A DNA stretch of 64,000 bases, taken from positions 117,298 through 181,297 of the forward strand of contig JBAZQY010000001.1 in the NCBI GenBank assembly GCA_041663185.1, read 5' to 3'. Under the pieces are notes generated by a model. It did no database searches. It was not told where the DNA came from and saw only the letters and a list, made by a program, of their open reading frames with translations. This DNA comes from Minisyncoccota bacterium (lineage in GTDB: Bacteria > Patescibacteriota > Minisyncoccia > Phycocordibacterales > UBA9973). Positions 46,728 to 55,553 of this stretch are shown piece by piece; position 1 is the stretch's first letter; each line of letters starts with the position of its first letter. Position numbers and translations under genes: made by a program.

Positions 46728-46765
46728 TAGCCCCGCCGACAGCTGTCGGCGGGGCTATTTCATTT
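46728..46765. terminator. Strong intrinsic terminator downstream of rplE
   Basis: aaatagccccgccgacagc|tgtcggcggggctattt is a 17-bp GC-rich stem followed by T-runs. Confidence 0.7.
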
Positions 46766-47305
46766 TTATTTTTTAAATGGAACACCTATCATTTGGAAAA
46801 AATCAGTCGCTTCGTCTTTTGTTTTGGCAGTTGTAACAATTGTCACCGCAAGACCAAAGACATCTTTCAGTTCTTCATCTCCTGTTTCAGGGAAAATTGT
46901 GTGCTCTTTAATACTCATTGTTAAGTTTCCGATATTATCAACAATTTTTTTATCAATTCCACGAAAATCTTTCGTACGAGGAATAGCAACATTGATTAGT
47001 TTATCTAAAAATCCATACATCCGAGCTCCACGAAGAGTAACCATTACTCCAACCGGGTCTCCAAGACGAATCTTAAAACTAGCAATCGATTTCTTGGCAC
47101 TCTTGGTTGCGGGCTTTTGTCCAGTAATCTTTGTAAGGCGATCAATAACAAGATTATTATAATCTTTATTGCGCTTAATTCCCGAACCTGTTCCACTCGA
47201 AATCACCACCTTCACAAGTCGAGGTGAAGCCATAACATTTTTGTATCCATATTTGGCTTTAAGCGAACTATATGATTTTTTTTCTTTTTGTCTAATTGTT
47301 TCCAT
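46766..47305 (-). CDS. rplE: 50S ribosomal protein L5
   Basis: ...ASPRLVKVVISSGTGSG... conserved L5 core. Confidence 0.85.
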   Translation of the reverse strand: METIRQKEKKSYSSLKAKYGYKNVMASPRLVKVVISSGTGSGIKRNKDYNNLVIDRLTKITGQKPATKSAKKSIASFKIRLGDPVGVMVTLRGARMYGFLDKLINVAIPRTKDFRGIDKKIVDNIGNLTMSIKEHTIFPETGDEELKDVFGLAVTIVTTAKTKDEATDFFQMIGVPFKK

Positions 47306-47313
47306 AAATAATT

Positions 47314-47532
47314 TTAATCAACTTTTTTAACATTTGATACGTGAATAGGCATCGCTATCTCAAGAATCTGACTTGGGTCACCTTTCTTTTTTGAACGATG
47401 AGCCTTTTTTCGAACATTGACTCCTTCAACAACAACTTTATTCATAGTCGGAATTGATTTTAAAACCTTTCCCTTCTTTCCCTTGTTGCTTCCAGATATA
47501 ACTATTACATTGTCTCCTTTCTTAATCTTCAT
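47314..47532 (-). CDS. rplX: 50S ribosomal protein L24
   Basis: MKIKKGDNVIVISG..KGK.GKV KOW motif. Confidence 0.85.
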   Translation of the reverse strand: MKIKKGDNVIVISGSNKGKKGKVLKSIPTMNKVVVEGVNVRKKAHRSKKKGDPSQILEIAMPIHVSNVKKVD

Positions 47533-47540
47533 TGTATTTA

Positions 47541-47573
47541 AATTCGTAATTGTTAATTATTAATTCTTAATTA
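47541..47573. repeat. Conserved AT-rich intergenic motif, copy C (rplN/rplX junction)
   Basis: aattcgtaattgttaattattaattcttaatta is a related variant of the 35-mer. Confidence 0.6.
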
Positions 47574-47574
47574 T

Positions 47575-47946
47575 TTATATAACTTCTTGGGCTAATGAAA
47601 TAATCTTTTGGTAACCGCGCTCAGCTAATTCTCTTGGAATTGGTCCGAAGACACGTCCACCCTTTGGATCAAGTTTATCCTTTTCTAAAATCACGACAGC
47701 ATTGTCATCAAAGCTAATATAAGAACCGTCTTTTCTTCTGAAGGTTTTTACTGTTCGAACAACAACGGCTTGGCAGACATCTTTTTTCTTGATTATTTTT
47801 CTTGGTTCAGCAATTTTTACTGAAATAATTACCTTGTCACCAATCGAAGCATAGCGACGCTTCGAAGAACCAAGTATTTTGAAAACCTTGCCAACCTTAC
47901 CGCCGGCATTGTCTGTGATATTTACTATTGTTCCGTCTTGAATCAT
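47575..47946 (-). CDS. rplN: 50S ribosomal protein L14
   Basis: MIQDGTIVNI.DN.G.K conserved L14 N-terminus. Confidence 0.9.
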   Translation of the reverse strand: MIQDGTIVNITDNAGGKVGKVFKILGSSKRRYASIGDKVIISVKIAEPRKIIKKKDVCQAVVVRTVKTFRRKDGSYISFDDNAVVILEKDKLDPKGGRVFGPIPRELAERGYQKIISLAQEVI

Positions 47947-47950
47947 ATAT

Positions 47951-48208
47951 TTAAATTACTTTAAAATGCTTATCTTTCGATATTGGCTTTGTTTCTTCTA
48001 TTTCGACGACATCTCCAATTTTTTTAATATTACCTTCATCATGAGCCTTGTATTTCTTTGTCTTTTTTATGCGTTTACCATATTTCTTGTGCTCAACAAA
48101 GCGGGAAACTTTAACAACCACAGTTTTATCCATTTTGTCTGAGACAACTACTCCTTTTAGAACTTTATTTGTTTTTTTGTTTTGTTTTTCCATAATTTTA
48201 TCGAGCAA
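47951..48208 (-). CDS. rpsQ: 30S ribosomal protein S17
   Basis: ...[21 protein letters not shown]... S17 OB-fold. It directly follows rplP with no rpmC (L29) between. Confidence 0.85.
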   Translation of the reverse strand: MLDKIMEKQNKKTNKVLKGVVVSDKMDKTVVVKVSRFVEHKKYGKRIKKTKKYKAHDEGNIKKIGDVVEIEETKPISKDKHFKVI

Positions 48209-48614
48209 CCACCCGAGTAGTAACTGGTAATTTTGTTCCGGCTTTTCTTAGTGCTTCTTTGGCTGTTACTTCTGGAACTCCATCGACTTCAAATATTATC
48301 CTCCCTGGTCGAATATCTAAACAATATCCTTGTGGGTCTCCTTTACCTTTTCCCATTCCAACCTCAGCTGGTTTTGCAGTAAAAGGTCTATCAGGGAAAA
48401 TTCGAATCCACATCCTGCCAGTCTTACCAAGAGTTCGGGAAGTAACTTTACGGGCTGATTCTATCTGATTTGAACGAATTCGTCCACCAGAAGTTGCTTT
48501 CAATCCAAATGCCCCAAATGAAATTGTTGTTCCACGTGTATCAGGAGTCACCTTTGTCATATCGGTGCGTCCTGTTTGCCATTTTCTAAATTTTACTTTT
48601 TTGGGTACTAACAT
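48198..48614 (-). CDS. rplP: 50S ribosomal protein L16
   Basis: [14 protein letters not shown]... conserved L16 N-terminus. Confidence 0.9.
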   Translation of the reverse strand: MLVPKKVKFRKWQTGRTDMTKVTPDTRGTTISFGAFGLKATSGGRIRSNQIESARKVTSRTLGKTGRMWIRIFPDRPFTAKPAEVGMGKGKGDPQGYCLDIRPGRIIFEVDGVPEVTAKEALRKAGTKLPVTTRVVAR

Positions 48615-48619
48615 AAAAA

Positions 48620-49315
48620 TTATTTATTAAACTTTTCATTTCTGCCCGAAGCAGATCCGACTTGATCAGAAAAAATTTCTCCACGATATATCCAAACTTT
48701 AATTCCAATATCTCCATAACTCATGTGAGCTTTCTCACGAGCAAAATCAACATCAGCACGGAATGTTTGAAGTGGAATTGAGCCACGCTTTATCTGCTCA
48801 CTGCGGGCAATCTCAGCCCCAGCCAAACGTCCACCCAAATATATACGAGCTCCTTTGACTCCACGAGCTGACATTACTTTCTCTATTGCTTGCTTCATAA
48901 CTCGGCGAAATGGAAGACGCTTCTCTAGTCCTTCAGCAATAGAACAAGCAACGATTGTGGCATCAGCATCTGGATTTGTAACTTCGACAATATCAAGCTT
49001 GAAATCTTCAGGAATAGCGACATCTTTTTTATTAAGAGCTTTCACTAATTCACTCTTTAATTTGTTTACCCCATCTCCTCCTCGGCCAATAATCATACCT
49101 GGACGTGAAGTGTGAATCATAATTTTTGTAGCTTTGGCATTACGCTCAATCTCAACTCGAGAAATATAAAAACCGCGAAGCTTCCTTGTTAGAAATTCAC
49201 GAATAACTACATCACTTTTTAAAAGAGTTTTGTATTTTTTATCAGCAAACCAACGTGATTTCCAATCGCGGAGAGTTACTAATCTATGAGCATATGGGTG
49301 AACAACTTTTGACAT
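48620..49315 (-). CDS. rpsC: 30S ribosomal protein S3
   Basis: KH domain plus S3-C domain (...GIKVWIYRGE...). Confidence 0.9.
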   Translation of the reverse strand: MSKVVHPYAHRLVTLRDWKSRWFADKKYKTLLKSDVVIREFLTRKLRGFYISRVEIERNAKATKIMIHTSRPGMIIGRGGDGVNKLKSELVKALNKKDVAIPEDFKLDIVEVTNPDADATIVACSIAEGLEKRLPFRRVMKQAIEKVMSARGVKGARIYLGGRLAGAEIARSEQIKRGSIPLQTFRADVDFAREKAHMSYGDIGIKVWIYRGEIFSDQVGSASGRNEKFNK

Positions 49316-49324
49316 ATATAAATA

Positions 49325-49735
49325 TTAATCTTTAGATTCTAATTTTTTAACTGGCTTTGTTTTCTTTCCTCGACCCGCCGTAACCTTGGCGGAGGTAGCC
49401 TTCTTGGCTAATACTTTTTCGATCAAAGTTAGCATAACATGACTGGTGCGTTTATTAATACGGGAAGCACTTCCACGAGCTCGTGGCATTGAACGCTTTA
49501 GAACAATCCCTTTATTAACTGTAACATTTTCAACAAAAAGGTCATCCTCTTTGATTCCAGCTTGTTTGGCATTTGAAATAGCTGAAGCAAGTAACTTCAT
49601 AACAGGTAGAGATGCTCTTTTAGGCAAAGTATCCAATATTAAAATTGCCTCAGCAACCCTTTTGCTTTTGATGAGTTCCGCTACAAGGCGAACCTTGCGG
49701 GGGGACTGTCTGTAATTTTTTAAAAATGCTTTCAT
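49325..49735 (-). CDS. rplV: 50S ribosomal protein L22
   Basis: MKAFLKNYRQSPRKVRLVA... conserved L22 N-terminus. Confidence 0.9.
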   Translation of the reverse strand: MKAFLKNYRQSPRKVRLVAELIKSKRVAEAILILDTLPKRASLPVMKLLASAISNAKQAGIKEDDLFVENVTVNKGIVLKRSMPRARGSASRINKRTSHVMLTLIEKVLAKKATSAKVTAGRGKKTKPVKKLESKD

Positions 49736-50018
49736 TGTTGTGTATTTAACTATTTTTCTTCTATCTTGCTCGTTGAGACTATAACTAATTTTTTAAAAAT
49801 GCTTTCATGGCTGATTTTTAAGGAGTGAAGCGACTTTATAAATCGTCACCCCGTGAAATAACATTTGCAAACTATTTTATAATTATTCTACCTTTTTAAT
49901 ATGCTTACCTCCATAATATTCCCTACCCTTGTGCCACCTTTTTGCAAATGTTCTTTTGTAAACAAAAGATTTCACAGGGGTAAGGAAAATCATATTCGCT
50001 CTGCTCATTGATTTTCAC
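49736..50018 (-). promoter_or_regulatory. Atypical 283-nt spacer between rpsS and rplV with a long-range hairpin and a duplicated rplV start region (7-codon uORF)
   Basis: A 23-nt direct repeat taattttttaaaaatgctttcat occurs at 49713..49735 and 49786..49808. A long-range pairing joins ccccgtgaaat...aacatttgcaaa (49847-49870) with tttgcaaatgtt...atttcacagggg (49937-49979). Confidence 0.5.
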
Positions 50019-50360
50019 TTATTTCTTCGATTCGGTAGCAGCTTTGGCTGACTTGGCTGCGGATACTTCGGCTTCTTTTTTCTTCATCTCAAGTTCTTTC
50101 TGCATTTTACCTCCGTGTCTGACGAACTTGCGGGTTAGTGAGAATTCTCCCAATCTGTGCCCAACCATATCTTCACTTATTAAAACTTCAACATGGGTTT
50201 TACCATTATGAACACCAAAAACAAATCCTACCATTTCTGGAGAAATCTGACATGCTCGTGACCAGGTTTTAATCATCCCTGTTTCTAGGGGCTTTTTCCC
50301 AGCTATCTTTTTCAAAAGACGAGCATCGACGTATGGACCTTTTTTGAGTGATCTTGTCAT
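50019..50360 (-). CDS. rpsS: 30S ribosomal protein S19 (with Lys/Ala-rich C-terminal extension)
   Basis: [14 protein letters not shown].....G... conserved S19 core. Confidence 0.9.
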   Translation of the reverse strand: MTRSLKKGPYVDARLLKKIAGKKPLETGMIKTWSRACQISPEMVGFVFGVHNGKTHVEVLISEDMVGHRLGEFSLTRKFVRHGGKMQKELEMKKKEAEVSAAKSAKAATESKK

Positions 50361-50548
50361 CCCGTTAGAGATAGGAAGTCCTTAGACTTCCGTGTATTGT
50401 TAAGTATGGTTGATAATATAAAACTTATATTTGATTATTAACTCCGTGAGAATATAACATGCATATCTCTAACGGGATCATAACAATATAAATAAGCTCA
50501 ACTGAGCTCGTTCGTCCATACTATCAAATATAAATATAAAGTCAATGT

Positions 50549-50941
50549 TTATAAAAATCCAATTATTTTGGGTAAAAAAATTATAAGCCCTATAAAAGCA
50601 GCTGTAGCGGCAGAAATTAAAACCGCTCCTGACGCAACATCTTTTGTATCGCGAGCATACGGATGATAATTGGGGCTTGTTAGATCAATATCAATTTCAA
50701 TAGCGGTATTAAGCGCTTCGGTTATTAATACAAGCCCAATAGCTAAAATGAGAAAAAGCCATTCTATAAGTGACACTTTTAATATAAAACCAAATAAGAT
50801 AACAAATATGGTAATGATGAGATGGACCCACAAGTTATGAGTACTTTTTACCAATATACCAATTCCACGAAATGCATGATTAAAACTTTTAGCACGAGCC
50901 ACAATTGAAAATCTTTTTTTCTCTGATAGTTTTTGTTCCAT
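50549..50941 (-). CDS. dgkA: Diacylglycerol kinase / undecaprenol kinase family (DgkA-like) membrane protein, inserted between rpsS and rplB
   Basis: Start at MEQKLSEKKRFSIVARAKSFNHAFRGI.... There are three TM helices and a conserved EALNTAIE motif. Confidence 0.6.
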   Translation of the reverse strand: MEQKLSEKKRFSIVARAKSFNHAFRGIGILVKSTHNLWVHLIITIFVILFGFILKVSLIEWLFLILAIGLVLITEALNTAIEIDIDLTSPNYHPYARDTKDVASGAVLISAATAAFIGLIIFLPKIIGFL

Positions 50942-50976
50942 TTTCTTATTATACATCAAAAAATGGTTCCCTGTAT

Positions 50977-51018
50977 ATGTGTAACACTTGCAGACGGCCG
51001 TCTGCAAGTGTTACACAT
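50977..51018. promoter_or_regulatory. 42-nt perfect GC-containing palindrome upstream of dgkA
   Basis: atgtgtaacacttgcagacgg|ccgtctgcaagtgttacacat (symmetric about 50997/50998), 36 nt upstream of the dgkA ATG. Confidence 0.6.
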
Positions 51019-51039
51019 TAGATTTTATCTATATTAATA

Positions 51040-51075
51040 AAAAACAAAACCACCCAAATATCGGGTGGTTTTGTT
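51040..51075. terminator. Bidirectional intrinsic terminator downstream of rplB
   Basis: aaaacaaaaccaccc-aaatatc-gggtggttttgtttttt. Confidence 0.65.
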
Positions 51076-51077
51076 TT

Positions 51078-51929
51078 TTATTTTGCGTTTTTGTTTTTAC
51101 CTACTTTTCTACGAGTGACAATCCACATATTTGAATATTTCTTTGGTGTTCGTGTCTTCTGTCCTTTACCAGTTGGTTTACCCCACATACTTTTCGCTCG
51201 TCTGATTCCACGGCCTTGTCGTCCTTCACCTCCACCGTGTGGATGATCAACTGGGTTCATGGCAGTTCCACGGACAGTTGGTCTTATTCCCTTCCAGCGA
51301 CTTCGTCCTGCTTTACCAAAATTTTGAAGTTTATATTCACTATTTGAAACTTCACCAATACAAGCATAACAATTTTCAGAAACTTTTCGTATTTCAGTAG
51401 AAGGCATTTTAATGTTTGTATATCCAAGGTCGTTTGCCACTACCTGCCCAAAAACTCCAGCAGAACGTGCGAGCTTGGCCCCATTGCCTGGTTTAATTTC
51501 TATATTATAAACAAATGTTCCGATTGGAATGATTTTAAGAGGTAATCTGTTTCCAACTGAAAGTGAAGCTTTATCTCCTATTATAAAACTATCTCCGACT
51601 TTCATTGATTTAGGAACTACAACATATCTCTTTTCTCCGTCAGCGTAACAAACCAAACTTATGAACGCATTGCGATTTGGGTCGTATTCAATTGAGGTTA
51701 TCTTGGCAGGAATATCACGCTTGTTGTACATAAAATCAATCTCGCGATAGAGACGTTTATGTCCACCTCCTTTATGGCGAGTTGTGATGCGTCCTTGATT
51801 ATTTCTTCCAACCGAACGTTTGAAGCCACGAGTTAAAGATTTTTCAGGGCTTCCCTTGGTTAACACACCACGGTATGAAACTGTAGTGTGGTGACGTTTT
51901 GATGGAGTTGTAGGTCTATATGTTTTCAT
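51078..51929 (-). CDS. rplB: 50S ribosomal protein L2
   Basis: 283 aa with ...HPHGGGEG... L2 signature. Confidence 0.9.
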   Translation of the reverse strand: MKTYRPTTPSKRHHTTVSYRGVLTKGSPEKSLTRGFKRSVGRNNQGRITTRHKGGGHKRLYREIDFMYNKRDIPAKITSIEYDPNRNAFISLVCYADGEKRYVVVPKSMKVGDSFIIGDKASLSVGNRLPLKIIPIGTFVYNIEIKPGNGAKLARSAGVFGQVVANDLGYTNIKMPSTEIRKVSENCYACIGEVSNSEYKLQNFGKAGRSRWKGIRPTVRGTAMNPVDHPHGGGEGRQGRGIRRAKSMWGKPTGKGQKTRTPKKYSNMWIVTRRKVGKNKNAK

Positions 51930-51931
51930 AA

Positions 51932-52264
51932 CTATGTAAATATTATTTTATCTCCCTTTTTCAAATGAACGACCGCTTTTTTCCCTCCTTGTTTTACACT
52001 TACAATTCCACGGCGAGTAACCGTCTTTTTTGCAATCTGAGTCATTGAAACTCTTACTGGCATCACGTTGTAAACTAATTTAATAGCTTTTTTAATTTCA
52101 TTTTTATTAGCATTCGAAGAGACATTGAAAGTATAAACGCCGCGCTCAGCTAGAATTGCTGACTTTTCTGTTACTCGAGCTCCTTTTAGAAGTGGGTGAG
52201 TTTTCTCTTTTTTATTATCCACGACTTCGTCTTTTTTATTCTTTTTTGTTTTTTTTGTGTCCAT
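51932..52264 (-). CDS. rplW: 50S ribosomal protein L23
   Basis: 110 aa. Assigned by position between rplD and rplB and the L23 core (...EKS...FNVS..ANK.EIK.A....V.V..V...). Confidence 0.8.
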   Translation of the reverse strand: MDTKKTKKNKKDEVVDNKKEKTHPLLKGARVTEKSAILAERGVYTFNVSSNANKNEIKKAIKLVYNVMPVRVSMTQIAKKTVTRRGIVSVKQGGKKAVVHLKKGDKIIFT

Positions 52265-52276
52265 ATTTTTTTCTTA

Positions 52277-53062
52277 CTACTTACTACTTACTACTTTTTC
52301 AATCTTCCCACCCAAAAAAGCAATGCTTTCCTTGGGTTGTGAAATTATAATGTATCGGAATGCGAGTAAATCAACAGGATTAATATTGCGAATTTCATCT
52401 ATCTCAACTGTTTTTATATTTGCAAAACTTTTCTTAATAGTATCTGTTTTTGCAGGAATTGTGATGTAGGTATTTGGATTTTTCCCTCCAACCATCCTCT
52501 CAAAACCCTTGATGGTACTCAATTCCTTGATAACATTTACAGCATCTTTTGTTTTGATATTTTTCAAAGTTAGTTCTTCTAAGAAAAGAACTTGCCCTTT
52601 TCGAAACTTTTCTGACAAAACACTAAAGAGCGCTCCGACTTTCATTTTTTTGTTTATTTTTTGTTCATAGCTCTTCTCATTTCGTGGACCATGAGTTACA
52701 CCTCCACCTTTCCAGATAGGAGAACGTGTCGACCCATGACGAGCACGTCCAGTTCCTTTTTGACGCCATGGTTTTTTACCTCCCCCACGAACCTCTCCGC
52801 GTGTTCTTGTGTGTGCAACTGGAGTTCGAGCATTTGCTTGCATCGCAGTCACAACTTGGTGAACCAAGTCACCATTCCATTTAAGTCCAAAAATTGATTC
52901 AGGAAGAGAAAGCTTCCCGACAGATTTTCCTTTTTGGTTGTAAACTTCTGTCTCTATCCCGGCAGGAATTGCTTTTGGGGCTTTTTCTTTGGGTGTTGCT
53001 GTGGTCTTTTTTGTCGCCGTCACTGTAGTTTTATTCTTTTTTTGTGTGTTATCTTTTTCCAT
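52277..53062 (-). CDS. rplD: 50S ribosomal protein L4 (Lys/Thr-rich N-terminal extension)
   Basis: ...RGEVRGGGKKPWRQKGTGRAR.GS.RSP.W.GGG... conserved L4 loop. The last 5 codons (VVSSK) are encoded by a (CTTACTA)3 heptad array at 52273..52293. Confidence 0.85.
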   Translation of the reverse strand: MEKDNTQKKNKTTVTATKKTTATPKEKAPKAIPAGIETEVYNQKGKSVGKLSLPESIFGLKWNGDLVHQVVTAMQANARTPVAHTRTRGEVRGGGKKPWRQKGTGRARHGSTRSPIWKGGGVTHGPRNEKSYEQKINKKMKVGALFSVLSEKFRKGQVLFLEELTLKNIKTKDAVNVIKELSTIKGFERMVGGKNPNTYITIPAKTDTIKKSFANIKTVEIDEIRNINPVDLLAFRYIIISQPKESIAFLGGKIEKVVSSK

Positions 53063-53104
53063 AAAATTTAGCCCTATACGTAGTCGGGCGATCAATATAT
53101 TGAT

Positions 53105-53725
53105 TTAGCCGATAATTTCTACAAGCGTTCCGCGACGACCTGGAATCGCACCTTTAATAATTAATTCATTATTTTCTGTATCAACACCAATAACTTCTAA
53201 ATTTTTGATTGTAATACGATCACCACCCATACGGCCGGCCATGCGCATTCCCTTTGGAACTTTATTACGAAGACCTCCTCCAATCGAACCTGGTTCACGT
53301 TCAGAATGTTTTTGGCCGTGACTTCGTGGCCCTCCATGGAATCCGTGACGTTTAACAACACCCTGAAAACCTTTACTTTTTGAAATACCTGAAACGGTTA
53401 TCACATCTCCTGTATTGAAAACTGAAACTGTTATTTTGTCTCCCTCTTTTATATCTTCAATATCACGGAATTCACGAAGATGTTTATAAGCTCCCCCCTC
53501 CTTTTCAGTTTGTGATGCTAAAACGTGGCCAAGGTGTGCCTTTGTTGCTCGGTTTGTTTTTTGTTCATCATACGCAACTTGAACTGCTGTATATCCATCT
53601 ACGTCAGGACTTTTTACTTGTGTCACAACAAGAGGACCAGCGGAAATTACTGTTGCGGGAACTGCGGTACCATCTTCTAGAAAGCACTGCATCATATGCT
53701 GTTTTTTACCAAGAATGAATTTCAT
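53105..53725 (-). CDS. rplC: 50S ribosomal protein L3
   Basis: MKFILGKK..M.Q.F...G...P.TVI conserved L3 N-terminus. Confidence 0.9.
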   Translation of the reverse strand: MKFILGKKQHMMQCFLEDGTAVPATVISAGPLVVTQVKSPDVDGYTAVQVAYDEQKTNRATKAHLGHVLASQTEKEGGAYKHLREFRDIEDIKEGDKITVSVFNTGDVITVSGISKSKGFQGVVKRHGFHGGPRSHGQKHSEREPGSIGGGLRNKVPKGMRMAGRMGGDRITIKNLEVIGVDTENNELIIKGAIPGRRGTLVEIIG

Positions 53726-53729
53726 AAAT

Positions 53730-54083
53730 TTACATCATTTTCACATCAATATCGACACCGGATGGCAGAGATAGATTTGTGAGTGCTTCGATAGTTTTTG
53801 GATTTGGATTCAAAATATCGATAACACGTTTATGGATTCTTATTTCAAATTGTTCTCGAGCATTTTTAAACACAAACGATGCTCGGTTTACTGTATACTT
53901 TTTTATTTCTGTTGGAAGTGGAATTGGCCCAACGATTTTTGCATCATAGCGAAGAGCGGTATCAATAATCTGCTTGACGGATGCGTCAAGAATCTTATTC
54001 TCGTAAGCTCTTACTCGAATACGAAGTTGGACAACGACATCCTCCTTTCCTTTTTTTGATTTAACCACTTTCTTTGTTGTCAT
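53730..54083 (-). CDS. rpsJ: 30S ribosomal protein S10
   Basis: ...LRIRVRAYENKILD.S...I.....GPIPLPT... conserved S10 core. Confidence 0.9.
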   Translation of the reverse strand: MTTKKVVKSKKGKEDVVVQLRIRVRAYENKILDASVKQIIDTALRYDAKIVGPIPLPTEIKKYTVNRASFVFKNAREQFEIRIHKRVIDILNPNPKTIEALTNLSLPSGVDIDVKMM

Positions 54084-54116
54084 AGTTTGTAATTAAAAGA
54101 ACGGAATAAATTTACC

Positions 54117-55316
54117 TTACTTGATGATTTTTGTTACAACTCCTGCACCGACGGTCTTTCCTCCTTCACGGATTGCAAAGTGCATTTGATCTTCAAGAGC
54201 AACTGGAGTAACAAGTTTAACAGTAAGTTTGACTGTGTCTCCTGGCATAACCATTTCTACTCCAGCAGGTAGTGCAGCTTCTCCGGTCACATCTGTCGTA
54301 CGAATGTAGAATTGAGGTTTGTATCCAGTAAAGAATGGAGTATGACGTCCACCTTCTTCTTTTTTCAAAATGTAAACTTCACACTCAAACTCTGAGTGAG
54401 GAGTCACAGTTCCTGGCTTTACAAGAACTTGTCCACGAGTGACATCTTCTTTCTTAATACCACGGATAAGGATTCCAGCGTTGTCGCCGGCCATACCTTC
54501 TTTCAAGTTTTTATTAAACATTTCAATGCCAGTGACTGTTGTTTTTGCTGTGTCCTTAATACCAACAATTTCTACGTCTTCACCAACTTTCACAATTCCA
54601 CGTTCGATCTTACCAGTCACGACTGTTCCACGACCTTCAATAGAGAAGATGTCTTCAATCGGCATTAAGAATGGCTTTGTAATATCGCGTTCTGGAACTG
54701 GAATATAAGTATCAAGAGCATTCACTAGGTCAAGAATTCCTTTTGCATATGGGTCATCATTACTTGTAGATTCAAGTGCCTTGAGAGCTGATCCACGAAT
54801 AACTGGAGCATTTGCACCATCGAAACCTTGCTTAGTAAGAAGTTCACGAACTTCTTCTTCCACCAAATCAAGCATGTCGGCATCATCTACCATGTCACAC
54901 TTGTTTAGGAAAACAATAATTTTAGGAACGTTCACTTGCTTTGCAAGCAAGATGTGCTCACGTGTTTGTGGCATCACTCCATCTGTCGCTGCAACAACGA
55001 TAACTGCACCGTCCATTTGGGCAGCACCAGTAATCATGTTCTTAATATAGTCAGCGTGTCCTGGAGCATCGATGTGCGCATAGTGACGTGTTGGTGTCCA
55101 GTATTCATTGTGAGAAAGAGCGATCGTGATACCACGAGCTTTTTCTTCTGGAGCTGAGTCGATTTGATCAACTCCCTTAATCTTAGCTCCATATTCACCT
55201 CCTTGACGAGCCAAAATACTTAAAATAGCCGCGGTCAATGTAGTTTTCCCGTGGTCAACGTGACCAATAGTTCCCACATTTACGTGTGGCTTGTCTCTGT
55301 TAAATTCTTCTGCCAT
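54117..55316 (-). CDS. tuf: Elongation factor Tu
   Basis: [29 protein letters not shown]-motifs. 399 aa. Confidence 0.95.
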   Translation of the reverse strand: MAEEFNRDKPHVNVGTIGHVDHGKTTLTAAILSILARQGGEYGAKIKGVDQIDSAPEEKARGITIALSHNEYWTPTRHYAHIDAPGHADYIKNMITGAAQMDGAVIVVAATDGVMPQTREHILLAKQVNVPKIIVFLNKCDMVDDADMLDLVEEEVRELLTKQGFDGANAPVIRGSALKALESTSNDDPYAKGILDLVNALDTYIPVPERDITKPFLMPIEDIFSIEGRGTVVTGKIERGIVKVGEDVEIVGIKDTAKTTVTGIEMFNKNLKEGMAGDNAGILIRGIKKEDVTRGQVLVKPGTVTPHSEFECEVYILKKEEGGRHTPFFTGYKPQFYIRTTDVTGEAALPAGVEMVMPGDTVKLTVKLVTPVALEDQMHFAIREGGKTVGAGVVTKIIK

Positions 55317-55513
55317 ATATTTTTTTATTGGTTGATAAAAAGAATAAAATATACGAGAACCTTACTTTATTCAAACTATCAACATAAATTATTAATAATA
55401 TTTACCTCGCCTCAAAGCGAGGTTACCGCCTCTAGGCGATAATTGATGACTCTCATACTAGCAAATCTAAAAATAAAGTCAACACTGCAAAAATTTAGAT
55501 TGACAATGGGCAC

Positions 55514-55541
55514 AAAAAATCCCCTCGCGAGGGGATTTTTT
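55514..55541. terminator. Bidirectional intrinsic terminator downstream of the giant surface-protein gene
   Basis: aaaaaatcccctc-gcga-ggggattttttg. Confidence 0.65.
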
Positions 55542-55553
55542 GTGCTACTTATT

